IMG/VR virus record: IMGVR_UViG_3300044694_000082 | Location: 32,001-96,000 of that record | Strand: one strand, 5' to 3' | Length of the DNA: 64,000 bases | From: a virus | Taxonomy: Duplodnaviria > Caudoviricetes | Shown here: piece after piece, positions 49,704 through 60,314 of the stretch | How the letters are laid out: every line of letters starts with the position of its first letter | How positions within the stretch are numbered: position 1 is the stretch's first letter | Notes under the pieces: generated by a model | Databases searched by the model: none | Seen by the model: the letters and a program-made list of their open reading frames with translations, nothing else | Told to the model about the DNA's origin: nothing | Position numbers and translations under genes: made by a program

Positions 49704-51061
49704 TGTCCACGCCCACGATTCCGCGCAATGACGCCGAACTGGAAGAGATGTTCAACGACGGTTCCACCGTCAAGGACGTCTTCGCCTCGCGTCAGGGCGC
49801 CCTCGACTTCATCAAGTCCTACGCCAACCAGTTCAACAAGGCCACCGGCGGAGACCTCGACTCCCAGATCGAGGCAGCCGTCCAGGACGGCCTCATCAAG
49901 TACCTCGCCGCACAGGGCTCCACCGACGCCAAGGGCGACGCCAAGCGCCTCGACCTGCGCCCCGCCAACTCCGTCAAGCACGCCCGCCTCGGCGACAAGT
50001 ACAACCCGCAGGCCCCGGGCGCCAAGCTGGACAACATGTTCGGCGACGTCAAGGAGTTCATGGCCGCCATCTGGCACGGCACGCGCACGCCCGAGGCGGT
50101 CGCCACCCAGCACCAGATCAAGCAGATCATGAACTCGTTCGGGTCCACGGTCCCGGCCGACGGTGGTTTCTTGATCCCGGAGACGCTGCGCTCGGAGCTG
50201 CTGCGTGTCGCGCTGGAGAAGGCCGTCGTCCGCTCCCGGGCCCGCGTCGTCCCGATGGAGACGCTGACCGTCCCCTTCCCGATGATCGACTCGACCTCCA
50301 ACGCGTCGAACATCTACGGCGGTGTCACCGCCTACTGGACGGAAGAGGCTGCTTCTCTCACCGACTCTTCGCCGACCTTCGGTCGCGTGAAGCTGGAGGC
50401 GAAGAAGCTCACCGCCTACAGCGAGATCCCGAACGAGCTGTTCGCGGACTCGATCATCTCGCTGCAGATGTTCATCAACGAGATCTTCCCCGAGGCCATC
50501 GCCTGGTTCGAGGACATTGCTTTCATCCGCGGCACCGGCGTCGGCGAACCCCTCGGCTTCCTCAACGCCGCGGCGACCGTCACGGTCAACAAGGAGACCG
50601 GCCAGCCCTCCACCACCCTCGTGTGGGAGAACCTGGTCAAGATGTACGCCCGCATGCTCCCGTCGAGCCTCTCCTCGGCCGTGTGGATCGCGCACATCGA
50701 CACCTTCCCGGAGCTGGCGACCATGTCGCTCTCCGTCGGCACCGGCGGTTCCGCCATCTGGCTGAACAACGGCGTCGCCGGTCCCCCGATGACCATCCTC
50801 GGCCGCCCCGTCTTCTTCACCGAAAAGGCGAACTCGCTGGGCACCGCGGGCGACATCAACTTCGTCGACCTCAGCTACTACCTGATCGGCGACCGCCAGG
50901 CCATCCAGGCGGACACCTCCCCGCACTACCGGTTCCAGAACGACCAGACGACTGTTCGGTTCATTGAGAGGGTCGACGGCCGTCCCTGGATCCAGTCCGC
51001 CATCACCCCCAACCAGGGAAGTAACACCCTCTCGCCCTTCATCCAGCTGCAGACTCGCTGA
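49703..51061 (+). CDS. HK97-fold major capsid protein
   Basis: DGGFLIPE, A.W..E, KKL.A...I..EL..DS, G.G.GEPLG, TILGRPV, F..DQT..R.I.RVDG.P. Confidence 0.95.
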   Translation: MSTPTIPRNDAELEEMFNDGSTVKDVFASRQGALDFIKSYANQFNKATGGDLDSQIEAAVQDGLIKYLAAQGSTDAKGDAKRLDLRPANSVKHARLGDKYNPQAPGAKLDNMFGDVKEFMAAIWHGTRTPEAVATQHQIKQIMNSFGSTVPADGGFLIPETLRSELLRVALEKAVVRSRARVVPMETLTVPFPMIDSTSNASNIYGGVTAYWTEEAASLTDSSPTFGRVKLEAKKLTAYSEIPNELFADSIISLQMFINEIFPEAIAWFEDIAFIRGTGVGEPLGFLNAAATVTVNKETGQPSTTLVWENLVKMYARMLPSSLSSAVWIAHIDTFPELATMSLSVGTGGSAIWLNNGVAGPPMTILGRPVFFTEKANSLGTAGDINFVDLSYYLIGDRQAIQADTSPHYRFQNDQTTVRFIERVDGRPWIQSAITPNQGSNTLSPFIQLQTR

Positions 51062-51093
51062 GCCACAAACATAACTGAATAAGCGTCACCCCG

Positions 51094-51126
51094 AAAAGGC
51101 TCCGGAATTCCCCGGGGTCCTTTTTT
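51094..51126 (+). terminator. intrinsic terminator after capsid gene
   Basis: GC stem followed by T-run. Confidence 0.65.
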
Positions 51127-51224
51127 GTGCCCGGCGAGGCATTGAAACCCCTCGCCGGGCATTGCAGCGCAGGCAGTGGCACCCCTGCGTCAAGTCTTCG
51201 TGCCGTACATGAGGAGCAATTCCC

Positions 51225-54200
51225 ATGTCTATGACTGCTCTCGGGCGGGCGTTCAACGTCCAGCCCGCCTGCGATGGCGTGTGGATCAACCTGAAGGATG
51301 CCGGGGGTGTGGCCTTCCTGGGCTACCTCGCTTCCACGGGTGACACGTACACCCTCCAGGAGGCGAAGGACAACGCGGGTACTGGTGCGCAGAACCTGGC
51401 GAAGATCACCACGTACTGGACGAACACGGGTAACGCGTCGGACACCTGGACTCGTAACACCCAGGCTGCGGCTGCGACTGTCACCACGACTTCTGCTGCG
51501 GCGCAGTCGGCGGTGGTGTTCGAGGTGAACATGGCGTCTCTGTCGGACACTTACAGTTACGTGAAGGTGACTTCGACGGGTGCCGGTACGGTCACTGCGA
51601 TCCAGCGTGATCTGATGGTTCAGCGTCGGCCCAGCAACCTGACGAAGATGGGCTGATAGCCATGAGTACTCTCATTCAGGGCGATCAGCTGCGGGCGCTG
51701 CGGTACGGGCAGAAGGTGGACCGTGCGACGGCCACTCTGCCGCAGACGACGGCTGGTTCGCTTTTCACTGTCACGGGTGGCCGCGTTGTGGTCACGTCGA
51801 TTCTGGGCGAGGTTACGACCGCGATCCAGAACCAGGCGAACAACACGAAGCTGCAGTCGGTGCCGACCACGGGTTCCACGGTCGACCTCTGCGCCGTCGT
51901 GGACATCGCCGCTCTCGAAGTCGGCGGCTTCCTGTCGCTGACGCCGGACCTGGACGCCACGCCGTTTTCGGTGGCGCTGCAGAAGCAGAACGCGGGTGCG
52001 ATCTCGCTCCCGGTGACCGGTCTGATCATCCCGATCGGGGCGATCAAGCTCAACTGTGCCGCGTCCAACACCGGTTCGGTGAAGTGGAGCGTGACTTACG
52101 TGCCGTTCGACAACGGTGCGTACATCACTGCGGCCTGATCAACCACCTCGGAGTAACTGATGTCATCTGTGCGGACGTGCGCCGACTGCACCACGCAGTA
52201 TGCGCTGGATTTGGCTGCATGCCCCCACTGTGGCAGCAGTGACTACGCCGGAGAAGGGGGAGCCGTGACCAAGCGGTTCCCCCTCTTCGTTTCTCTTTCC
52301 TGTCCCGGTTGCGGGCGCGGGCCGTGGACGGTGCGTCTGCAGTCGGTGCTGACCGGGCTTGTCGAACTTCCGACTCTGGCCTGCGCCTCGTGCGGTAGCC
52401 GGGTGCCGGTCACCTGGCCTCCCGAGGAGGAGCCGATGTCTCCGAAGATCACCGTCCATGGCGGTGCCACGAACGCCCGCGAAGCAGACGTCTCCCCGGC
52501 TGCTGACGCGGGTCAGCCGCCCCAGGCCGTAGCCGAGGACGGCCTGGGGCGCACCAACCCGTCTGACCCGGCGGCTGAGGTGCCGCTGGGTGAGCTGCTG
52601 CCTGAGGCACCCGTCGAGGCGGTTGTGAGCGAGCCGGATGCGGACCCGTATGCGGGGATGTCCCTGGCTGAGCTGCGGGCTGCGGCCGACGCGCGCGATG
52701 TCGCTTCCTATGGTTCCAAGGCGCAGATCGCTGAGCGGCTGCGTGAGGCCGACGAGCAGGCGAAGGCCGAGTCGTCCGAGGATGAGAGCGAGTAAGCCAT
52801 GGCCCTCGGATTCTCTACCGCGGCGGCGAACTCCGCCCTTGACTCCCTGGGCAGCACCTACTCGTGGATCAAGCTCCACACCGCTGCTCCTGGTGCTGCT
52901 GGTACCACTGCTGCGGCCACGGAGACCACGCGTAAGCAGGTGACCTGGGCGTCGGCGTCGAGTGCGTCGAAGGCCTCGTCGGCGGACTTGGTGTGGACGT
53001 CGGTGGCGGGTACGGAGACGTACACGCATTTCTCGTTGTGGACGGCGTCGACCGCTGGCACGTTCGGTGGTTCGGGCACGATCACGGCGAATGGTGTGAC
53101 GGCTGGCGATACGTTCACCATCCCTTCGGGATCGCTCACGCTGACGCTGCCTGTCGCCACCTGATGTTAGGGAGGTGACCGGTTGTGACGAGCTTCTCCG
53201 ACAACTTCAACCGGGCTGACAGCACCGATCTGGGTGCCAACTGGGTTGAGGTCAGCGGGGATTGGAGCATCGTCTCCAATCAGCTCTCGCCGGGCAACGC
53301 GGGCGGCACGATCATTCTGCGGTGTGCCACGGCGATGGCGACGAACGATCACACGGTCCAGATCACCATCGCCGCGACCGCTGCAGTCAGTCAGGGCATT
53401 TGGGCTCGCGGCAACTCGAACATCACATCGGGTTACCTGTGGCGTAACAATGGGACGAGCTGGGACTTGTTCTCCGTCGTGGGCGGGTCCTTCACCAGTA
53501 TCGGAACGTTCGCGGCGGCAGCCTCCCCGGGCGACATTGCGAAGTTGCAGGTCCAGGGCACCACCATCACCGGCTATGTCAACGGTGTCGCCAAGGTGAC
53601 TGTCACGGACACGGCCGTCTCCACCGGCACGTCTGTCGGTGTGCGGGGTGAGTCGACGAACTCACTGCGCTATGACGATTTTTCGGCCGCGGACTTGACG
53701 GGCAGTGTCTCCGGCACCGCCACCGCGTCACTGGGCGGTCTCACAGGGGCTGCCTCTGGTACGCCGACGGTGAGTGGCACGGCGGCCGGTTCCCTGGGGG
53801 CCCTGTCCGGTGCAGCCAGTGGTGTGCCGACGGTCCGTGCCACTGCGTCGGGATCCTTCGGAGTCCTGGCGGGCGCGTCGAGTGGTACGCCGACGGTCGT
53901 TGCGGGGGGCGCGTTCAGTGGCGGCGCACTCACCGGCGGTGCGGGCAGTGTCCGTACCGTCGTCGGCTCAGCCAGCGGCTCCCTTGGGGGTCTGGTGGGC
54001 GCTGCCGGTGCACCCGCGCATGTGAATGGCACGGCCAGCGGCACGTTCGGAGCGCTCGTGGCAACCGGATACACCAACACACAGTCCTCCTCCTCGTCGT
54101 CCGGTTCGGGTGGCTGGTACCAGATGCTGAGCATCAAGGCCGAAGCCGTGGCGTGGAAGGTGTGGGAGCTGACCAATCCGCCGCTGGCCTGCCCGTATGA

Positions 54201-54956
54201 CGGTGAGCCGCTGCGGGACACTCCGCGTTCGCAGCCCGGCGGCAAGTACTGCCCGCTGGGTGATTACCGCTGGCCGCAGCAGCCGCGCATCATCTGACCT
54301 TTTGAAGGGGTGAACAGTGAGCAGAGTCGGTGTCCAGACCGCGACCTTGGCGAATGTCGCCTCTTCCGCCACGAACGTGACCGTCTTCGCCGCCAACGGT
54401 GCCGCACGTATGCGGACGGTCTTCAATGACTCGACCGCCGTGCTCTATCTCAAGTTCGGTGCAACGGCGTCGTCTTCGAGCTACACGGTGCAGCTGGCCG
54501 CGGGTGCCTACTACGAGTTCCCGCAGCCCGTCTACGCCGGGCAGGTCGACGGGATCTGGGCCTCGGCCAACGGCAGCGCACGTACGACGGAGTGGTGATC
54601 CCATGCCTCTGTACCCGTCGCCGGGCAGCGTCTCCAGCGCGCTGAGTGTCTCCGGGGATGTCACCAGCCAGGGCCACGTCATTGTGGCCGTCGCGGGAAA
54701 GACTCTGAAGGTCAAGGAAGGCAGCAATGCGTGCATGGGCACCGCGACGCTGACCGCCGGGGCCGCCACGGTCTCCACGACGGCCGTGACCGCCAACTCC
54801 CGTATCCAGCTGACGATTCAGTCGCTGGGCACCGTCACCGCACCGAAAGCCGTCGCGGTCACCGCACGGTCGGCGGGCACCTCGTTCACCATCACCAGCG
54901 CGGACGCGACCGACACCAGCGTCATCGCCTGGACCCTGCTCGAACCCAGCCCCTGA
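51225..54956 (+). other. seven virion-associated genes (51225-51656, 51662-52138, 52160-52795 zinc ribbon + HeH/SAP-like, 52799-53164, 53185-54297, 54317-54598, 54603-54956)
   Basis: Thr/Ala/Gly-rich beta proteins between capsid and adaptor, each with SD. Confidence 0.7.
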
Positions 54957-54982
54957 TGTGACCTCGCGAGAAGGGCAGCCCC

Positions 54983-56059
54983 ATGGCCATCACGACGGGT
55001 GTCTACACGACTCGCGAGATCATCAAGCGTGGCCTGGACATCGCCCCGACCGCGCGCAACGACCGGCAGATCGACCGGTGCATCGAGTCCGCCGCCCGCC
55101 GGGTTGACGGTCTGTGCCACCGGATCTTCTACCCGAGACTCGACACGAAGTATTTCGACTGGCCGAACTACCAGCGGGCGATCCCCTGGCGGCTGTGGCT
55201 GGACGACACCGAGCTGATCTCCGCCTCCAACGTCATCTCCGGTGGCGTCACGGTGCCTTCCACGAACTACAACCTGGAGAGCAACCGCGTCGGGCCGCCG
55301 TACGACCGGCTGGAGATCAACATCTCCACCAGCTCGGCTCTCAGTGCGGGCTCGACTTACCAGCGCTCGATCGCCATCACCGGCCTGTGGGGCTACAGCA
55401 ATGACGAGGACACCCTCGGTGCGGCGGTCGAGGCCCTGGACGACAGTGAGACCGCCCTGGACGTGGATGCCGAGACGTCCGCGGAGGTGGGTGTCGGCGC
55501 CATCATCCGCATCGATGACGAACGGATGATCGTCTCCGGGCGCAGTCAGCTCGACACCGGCCAGACGCTCGGCGGATCCGGTCTGAGTGCCAACAAGAAT
55601 GACGTCACCGTACCTGTGAGCAGCGGTGCGGCGTTCGCCGTGGATGAGATCGTCACCATCGACGCCGAACGGATGCTCATCGTTGACATCCTCGGCAACG
55701 CCCTCGTCGTCAACCGCGGCTACGACGGATCCGTCCTGGCCAGCCACACAGCCGGTGCGGCCGTCTACGCCCCGCGCACCCTGACCGTCATCCGTGGCGC
55801 TTTCGGCACCACCGCGGCCAGCCACAGCAACGCCGCGACGATCTACCAGTGGAAGCCGCCGCCCGGCATCCGCCAGCTCAACACCACCGAAGCGATCCAC
55901 GAGCTGATGCAGGAACAGACCGGGTGGTTTCGGACCATGTCCGCTTCGTCCAATTTCGGTGGCACCGCGAAGCGGTCGGCATCCATGGACGCCATCATCG
56001 ACCTGCGTGAATCGGTGTACCAGCAGTACGGCCGCAAAGCGCGAGTGAGGTCCATCTGA
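54983..56059 (+). CDS. head-to-tail adaptor
   Basis: Y.T...IK..L..IESAAR.VD.LC.R.FYP, ITGLWG, P.GI. Confidence 0.8.
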   Translation: MAITTGVYTTREIIKRGLDIAPTARNDRQIDRCIESAARRVDGLCHRIFYPRLDTKYFDWPNYQRAIPWRLWLDDTELISASNVISGGVTVPSTNYNLESNRVGPPYDRLEINISTSSALSAGSTYQRSIAITGLWGYSNDEDTLGAAVEALDDSETALDVDAETSAEVGVGAIIRIDDERMIVSGRSQLDTGQTLGGSGLSANKNDVTVPVSSGAAFAVDEIVTIDAERMLIVDILGNALVVNRGYDGSVLASHTAGAAVYAPRTLTVIRGAFGTTAASHSNAATIYQWKPPPGIRQLNTTEAIHELMQEQTGWFRTMSASSNFGGTAKRSASMDAIIDLRESVYQQYGRKARVRSI

Positions 56060-56469
56060 TGGCAGGCGACTTCGAGGTTTCCTTCCGATCCACGATGCGC
56101 AACCGATCTTTCACGAACGGGAAGATCCAACGGGACATCAAGGCATACGAACACGACGTCGCCTCTGCCATCGCCGACTCCGGCAAGGACGCCTGGCTGC
56201 ACAACCTTGAGGGATCCATCCGCCACCCCACCCCGTACTACACCACGCGGATCGCCAAGCGGGAACTGTCCCCCACCCTCTACGAGATCCACGACCACGG
56301 CGTCATCTACGGCCACTGGCTCGAAGGCACCGGCTCCCGTAACGCCCCCGTCACCATCTTCCCCGGCTACCACGCCCTCGCACGCGCCAAGGAAACCACC
56401 AAGGCCAAGCGGGCGTCCATCGCACGCCGCATCCTGCGCCGCTACCGCTCCAGCGGACGCCTGACCTGA
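56059..56469 (+). CDS. HK97 gp10-like neck protein
   Basis: IYG.WLEGTG..FPGY, position. Confidence 0.65.
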   Translation: MAGDFEVSFRSTMRNRSFTNGKIQRDIKAYEHDVASAIADSGKDAWLHNLEGSIRHPTPYYTTRIAKRELSPTLYEIHDHGVIYGHWLEGTGSRNAPVTIFPGYHALARAKETTKAKRASIARRILRRYRSSGRLT

Positions 56470-56482
56470 GAAGGAGGAGACC

Positions 56483-56938
56483 ATGGCCCTGGACATCACG
56501 GGGATCCTGAACGCCATGGTCTCCCACGCTCTCAGCATCGGCTACTTCGACCAGGTCAACCAGCACGAGAGCAAACAGTCCGCGTTCGACGGTCTGACCT
56601 GCCAGATCTGGATCGAACAGATCAACCCGGTCCGCACATCCGGCCTTTCCACCACCTCGATCCGTATCCAGTTCGAAGTCCGTCTCTACAACGGCACCAT
56701 GTCCCAGCCCTACGACGACACCGACTCCGACCTCGCAGAAGCCCTCGACGCCCTCATGCGGGACTACATCGGCGACTTCACCCTCGGCGGCCTCGTCCGG
56801 CATGTCGACGTCTTCGGCGCCTATGGTCCCGGCGTATCCGTGCGCACCGGCTTCATGAACCAGGACGGAAAAGAGTTCCGCGTCTTCTCCGTCAACGTCC
56901 CCGTCATCGTCGACGACTTGTGGGACCAGGCACCCTGA
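56483..56938 (+). CDS. tail terminator
   Basis: DFTLGG.V motif, acidic, position. Confidence 0.7.
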   Translation: MALDITGILNAMVSHALSIGYFDQVNQHESKQSAFDGLTCQIWIEQINPVRTSGLSTTSIRIQFEVRLYNGTMSQPYDDTDSDLAEALDALMRDYIGDFTLGGLVRHVDVFGAYGPGVSVRTGFMNQDGKEFRVFSVNVPVIVDDLWDQAP

Positions 56939-56956
56939 CACAGCTTCATCTGATCA

Positions 56957-56980
56957 AGGCCCGCACCCGCGGGCCTTTTT
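56957..56980 (+). terminator. intrinsic terminator
   Basis: AAGGCCCGC-ACCC-GCGGGCCTTTTT. Confidence 0.7.
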
Positions 56981-57004
56981 CATGTCCCGAGGAGGGCAGT
57001 AGAC

Positions 57005-57769
57005 ATCGCAAAGACTAGCGGCCTCGGCGACAATTTCTACGTCGGGGGCTACGACCTGTCCGGCGACACCGCGTCCCTCGACAGCATCAGCGGCGGCCCG
57101 GCCGTCATCGACGTCACCGGCATCAACAAGTCCGCCTTCGAGCGGATCGGCGGTCTGCGCGACGGCAACATCGAGTGGACGTCGCACTGGAACCCGGACA
57201 CCGTCGGTGTCACCTTCACCGAGCACACCGCACTGGCCGGTCTGCCCACTGCCGACGTCGGCCTCATGTACTTCCGTGGCACGACCCTCGGCAGCCCGAC
57301 CGCGTCCATGGTGGGCAAGCAGATCAACTACGACCCCACCCGCGCCGACGACGGCAAGATGACCTTCAAGGTCCAGGCCCAGGCCAACGCCTACGGCCTG
57401 GAATGGGGTGTCGGCCTGACGGCGGGCATCCGTACCGACACGGCGGCCACCCTCGGCACCGGCGTGGACCTGGGTACCGGGCCGCTGTCCTTCGGCGCGC
57501 AGGCGTATCTGCAGGTCTTCGGCATGACCGGCACCGACGCCACCGTCAAGATCCAGGACAGCGCCGACAACGCCACCTTCGCCGACGTCGCTGGCCTCGC
57601 CTTCACCCAGATCACCACGACGGCGCGGCAGACCCAGCGGATCTCGGTGTCCAACACGACCACGATCCGCCGCTACGTGCGCGCGGTCACGGTCACCACG
57701 GGCGGCTTCACCAGCCTGCCGTTCGCGGTCGCCTTCACGCGCAACGACACGGCCGCAATCGTCTTCTGA
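57005..57769 (+). CDS. tail-tube-like structural protein with apparent ATC start
   Basis: GGAGGG + 8 nt + ATC GCA AAG ACT AGC GGC CTC = (M)AKTSGLGDNFYVGGYDLSGD..DVTGINKSAFERI.GLRDG, in frame with track ORF 57266-57769. Confidence 0.8.
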   Translation: MAKTSGLGDNFYVGGYDLSGDTASLDSISGGPAVIDVTGINKSAFERIGGLRDGNIEWTSHWNPDTVGVTFTEHTALAGLPTADVGLMYFRGTTLGSPTASMVGKQINYDPTRADDGKMTFKVQAQANAYGLEWGVGLTAGIRTDTAATLGTGVDLGTGPLSFGAQAYLQVFGMTGTDATVKIQDSADNATFADVAGLAFTQITTTARQTQRISVSNTTTIRRYVRAVTVTTGGFTSLPFAVAFTRNDTAAIVF

Positions 57770-57794
57770 TCCATCGCATCCCGGGGAGAGACCG

Positions 57795-58235
57795 ATGCAG
57801 CGCATGAACCGGATCGAGCCGCAGGGCCGCGTCCAGGACTACAAGACCTACCAGATCGTCTCGCCGCTGAGCACCCACTGGGAACCGGCGACCTGTGCCC
57901 AGGTCGACTGCCCGGAGTACCTGGGCGGCTGGCGGATGCGGATCGAGGGGCTGCCGCCGGAGATGGTGCACGCGGCCCGCACCTCGGGCCGGAAGTACAC
58001 CGAACTGGAAGTCACCGCCGACGAGCACTGGCTGGTCTTCGAGGCCGGTCAACCCTGCTTCCGTGCCCCGCTGCACCGGCGGCTGCTGGACAAGCAGGAG
58101 ATCTACATCGCCCGCGACGGCGACTACCGAGGCAACCCAACCGGGCATGTGCGCAAACACACTCGGCCCGAGTTCTGGGTCGAGGACTTCTCCGAGCACC
58201 AGGACCGCCTCGCCAGACAGATACAGCAGGGGTGA
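57795..58235 (+). CDS. hypothetical protein in tail module
   Basis: 146 aa, GGAGAG RBS. Confidence 0.7.
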   Translation: MQRMNRIEPQGRVQDYKTYQIVSPLSTHWEPATCAQVDCPEYLGGWRMRIEGLPPEMVHAARTSGRKYTELEVTADEHWLVFEAGQPCFRAPLHRRLLDKQEIYIARDGDYRGNPTGHVRKHTRPEFWVEDFSEHQDRLARQIQQG

Positions 58236-58642
58236 GTGTCATGAACGCAGTGAAGAAGCCGTTGTGGGACGACCACCCGGCCGTACGTACCGGCGGTGAC
58301 CTCGATCTCGGTGAACGCGCTTCCGATCTGCTCAAGTTCGCGTTCGGTACCTGGACCATGCTCGGTCTCGTCGCCGCGTTCGTCGCCGCATGGCTGCTGT
58401 TCGTGAATGACCCAGGCGAACTAAGGCTGAATCTCGGCCTCTCCTGCACCGCGGCCGTCCAGGGAATCATCCTGCAGATCGCCGCCAACCGCGGCGACCG
58501 GATCGCCTCGGAACTCGCACTCGCCACGCACGAAAACTCCCAGGAACTCCTGGACATCAACCAGCGTCAGCTGGAAATCCTGACCGCTCTTCGGGAGATC
58601 CGTTCGGAGTTGATTGAGCGTTCGAGTGACGAACCAGCCTAG
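58232..58642 (+). CDS. membrane protein (DUF1003-like)
   Basis: GER.SD....FGTW, DP..L.LNL.LS..AA.Q..IL..A.NR. Confidence 0.65.
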   Translation: MSVMNAVKKPLWDDHPAVRTGGDLDLGERASDLLKFAFGTWTMLGLVAAFVAAWLLFVNDPGELRLNLGLSCTAAVQGIILQIAANRGDRIASELALATHENSQELLDINQRQLEILTALREIRSELIERSSDEPA

Positions 58643-58662
58643 AGTTCGTATATGATGATCGC

Positions 58663-59226
58663 ATGGCAAAAGGAGAACAGAGCGATCAACTCTGCGGGTG
58701 CGGTTGTGGGGAGTACACCACGCGGTACTCCAACGGAACCGTCAGTCAATTCCGTCGAGGACATGCCGCGCGCGTCAAGACCGGGGACGAGGCGCCTCGG
58801 TACAGGCATGGGATGTCCAGCACGCCTACCTGGTATAGCTGGTCGAACATGATCAATCGGTGCACGCGGCCCGCCAATCCCGCCTACGGACGCTACGGCG
58901 GTCGTGGAATCACCTTCTGCAGTCGCTGGCAAGGAATCGACGGGTTTTCCAACTTCTACGCCGACATGGGCGAGAAGCCGGACGGCTACACGCTGGAGCG
59001 GATCGACAACGACAGAGGATATTCGCCCGACAACTGTCGATGGGCCACGCGGAAAGAGCAGGCGCTGAACACGAGGAATGTTCGGCTCACCGATGTAGAT
59101 GTTGAGTGGATTCGAAAGCACCCCGAACTCTCTCGTTCGGAGATCGCTAGGCGCTTCAGCATAAGCGACGCAACGGTCTCAAACATCAGAAATCGGAAGG
59201 GTCGTTTCAGCGACCCGTCCATGTAG
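58663..59226 (+). CDS. HNH homing endonuclease
   Basis: CGCGCG; W..M..RC..YGGRGI..W..F..F..DMG..LERIDN..GY.P.NCRWAT..EQ..N; C-terminal HTH. Confidence 0.9.
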   Translation: MAKGEQSDQLCGCGCGEYTTRYSNGTVSQFRRGHAARVKTGDEAPRYRHGMSSTPTWYSWSNMINRCTRPANPAYGRYGGRGITFCSRWQGIDGFSNFYADMGEKPDGYTLERIDNDRGYSPDNCRWATRKEQALNTRNVRLTDVDVEWIRKHPELSRSEIARRFSISDATVSNIRNRKGRFSDPSM

Positions 59227-59299
59227 ATAGACGGACCCCAAGGCCCGAGGCACACCGCCTCGGGCCTTTGCCATGCCCCAAAACGGACAAGGAGGGACA

Positions 59300-59707
59300 A
59301 TGGCTAAGAGTTCAGGTCTCGCGTGGACAACCCTCTCAGTGGATGACAGTGGGGGCACACCACGCGATATCAGGAATGATGTGACGAATCTCGAATTCGC
59401 CACACCTCGGGCAACCCAGGATGTCACCGGTATCGACAAGTCCGCGATGGAGCGTCTGCTTCTGCTGGCGGATTTCACGATCACGCTGAATGGCGTGTTC
59501 AACCCGGCCTCGAACGCCTCGCATGACGTTTTCAAGACGGTTCCGTCGACCAGCGTTCTGCGTACCGTTTCCATCACGGTGAACGGCAAGTCCCTGCCCA
59601 ACGAGTGCATCTTCACTGACTACCCCATCACGCGCGCCGACTCTGGTGAGCTCACGTTCGCGGTTCCGGGGCAGCTGGCTGATGGCACGGTACCTACTTG
59701 GGCGTAA
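59300..59707 (+). CDS. major tail (tube) protein
   Basis: MAKSSGL..DVTGIDKSAMERL.LLAD..; precedes chaperone and TMP. Confidence 0.8.
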   Translation: MAKSSGLAWTTLSVDDSGGTPRDIRNDVTNLEFATPRATQDVTGIDKSAMERLLLLADFTITLNGVFNPASNASHDVFKTVPSTSVLRTVSITVNGKSLPNECIFTDYPITRADSGELTFAVPGQLADGTVPTWA

Positions 59708-59775
59708 TGTCCGTTTCGTAACTCGGCAGTCCATCGCTTTGCGGTGGGCTTTTTTCATGCATCCGGGGAGGATTC

Positions 59776-60314
59776 ATGGCCGGTTTCCGGCGCAAGCGCA
59801 AGACGTACATGCTCGATTTCTCCGACACCGAGTGGGACGGTCTGCAGGTCAAGGTCAGGGGCCTTACGACCGGCGAGTACCTGCAGATCGTGTCCCTCAG
59901 CGGAGCGACCGACGAGGACAGCAAGGAGACGGAGCTGATGCTCCGCATGCTCTCCTCGCACATCGTCTCCTGGAACCTCGAAGACAACGGTGAGCCCGTG
60001 GGTGTCTCCTTCGAGGAGATCAAGGAGAACGACTTCCTGATGAACATGGCGATCGTCAATGCGTGGGTCGCGGCGATTTCTTCTGTTCCGGAGGACGTCG
60101 CAAAAAAATCGAGGACTGGAAACGATTCCCTAGTGGCGTCGATTCCTACGGAGATGTTGTAGCAAAACCCCCCGCGCTTATCCGCGCCCAGTGGCTCCTG
60201 GGTGTGGGTGAGCGTTTCGGGAAACTCCCCAGCGAAATCCTGGCTGAAGACGCCGAGCTGTTTCAGCTGCTGAACATCGAAGAACTCGGAAAGGGTGATG
60301 ACTCCCGTGGCTGA
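59776..60314 (+). CDS. tail assembly chaperones G (59776-60162) and GT via -1 frameshift
   Basis: Slippery A-AAA-AAA at 60102-60108; -1 frame open to 60314 (..RFGKLPSEILAEDAELFQLL..). Confidence 0.85.

Noticed and set aside
46412-50926. Long minus-strand ORFs (46412-48046, 47655-49442, 49451-50926) and similar antisense ORFs such as 32345-33619 and 60178-62148
   Set aside because: Antisense shadows of high-GC3 genes; no motifs or RBS
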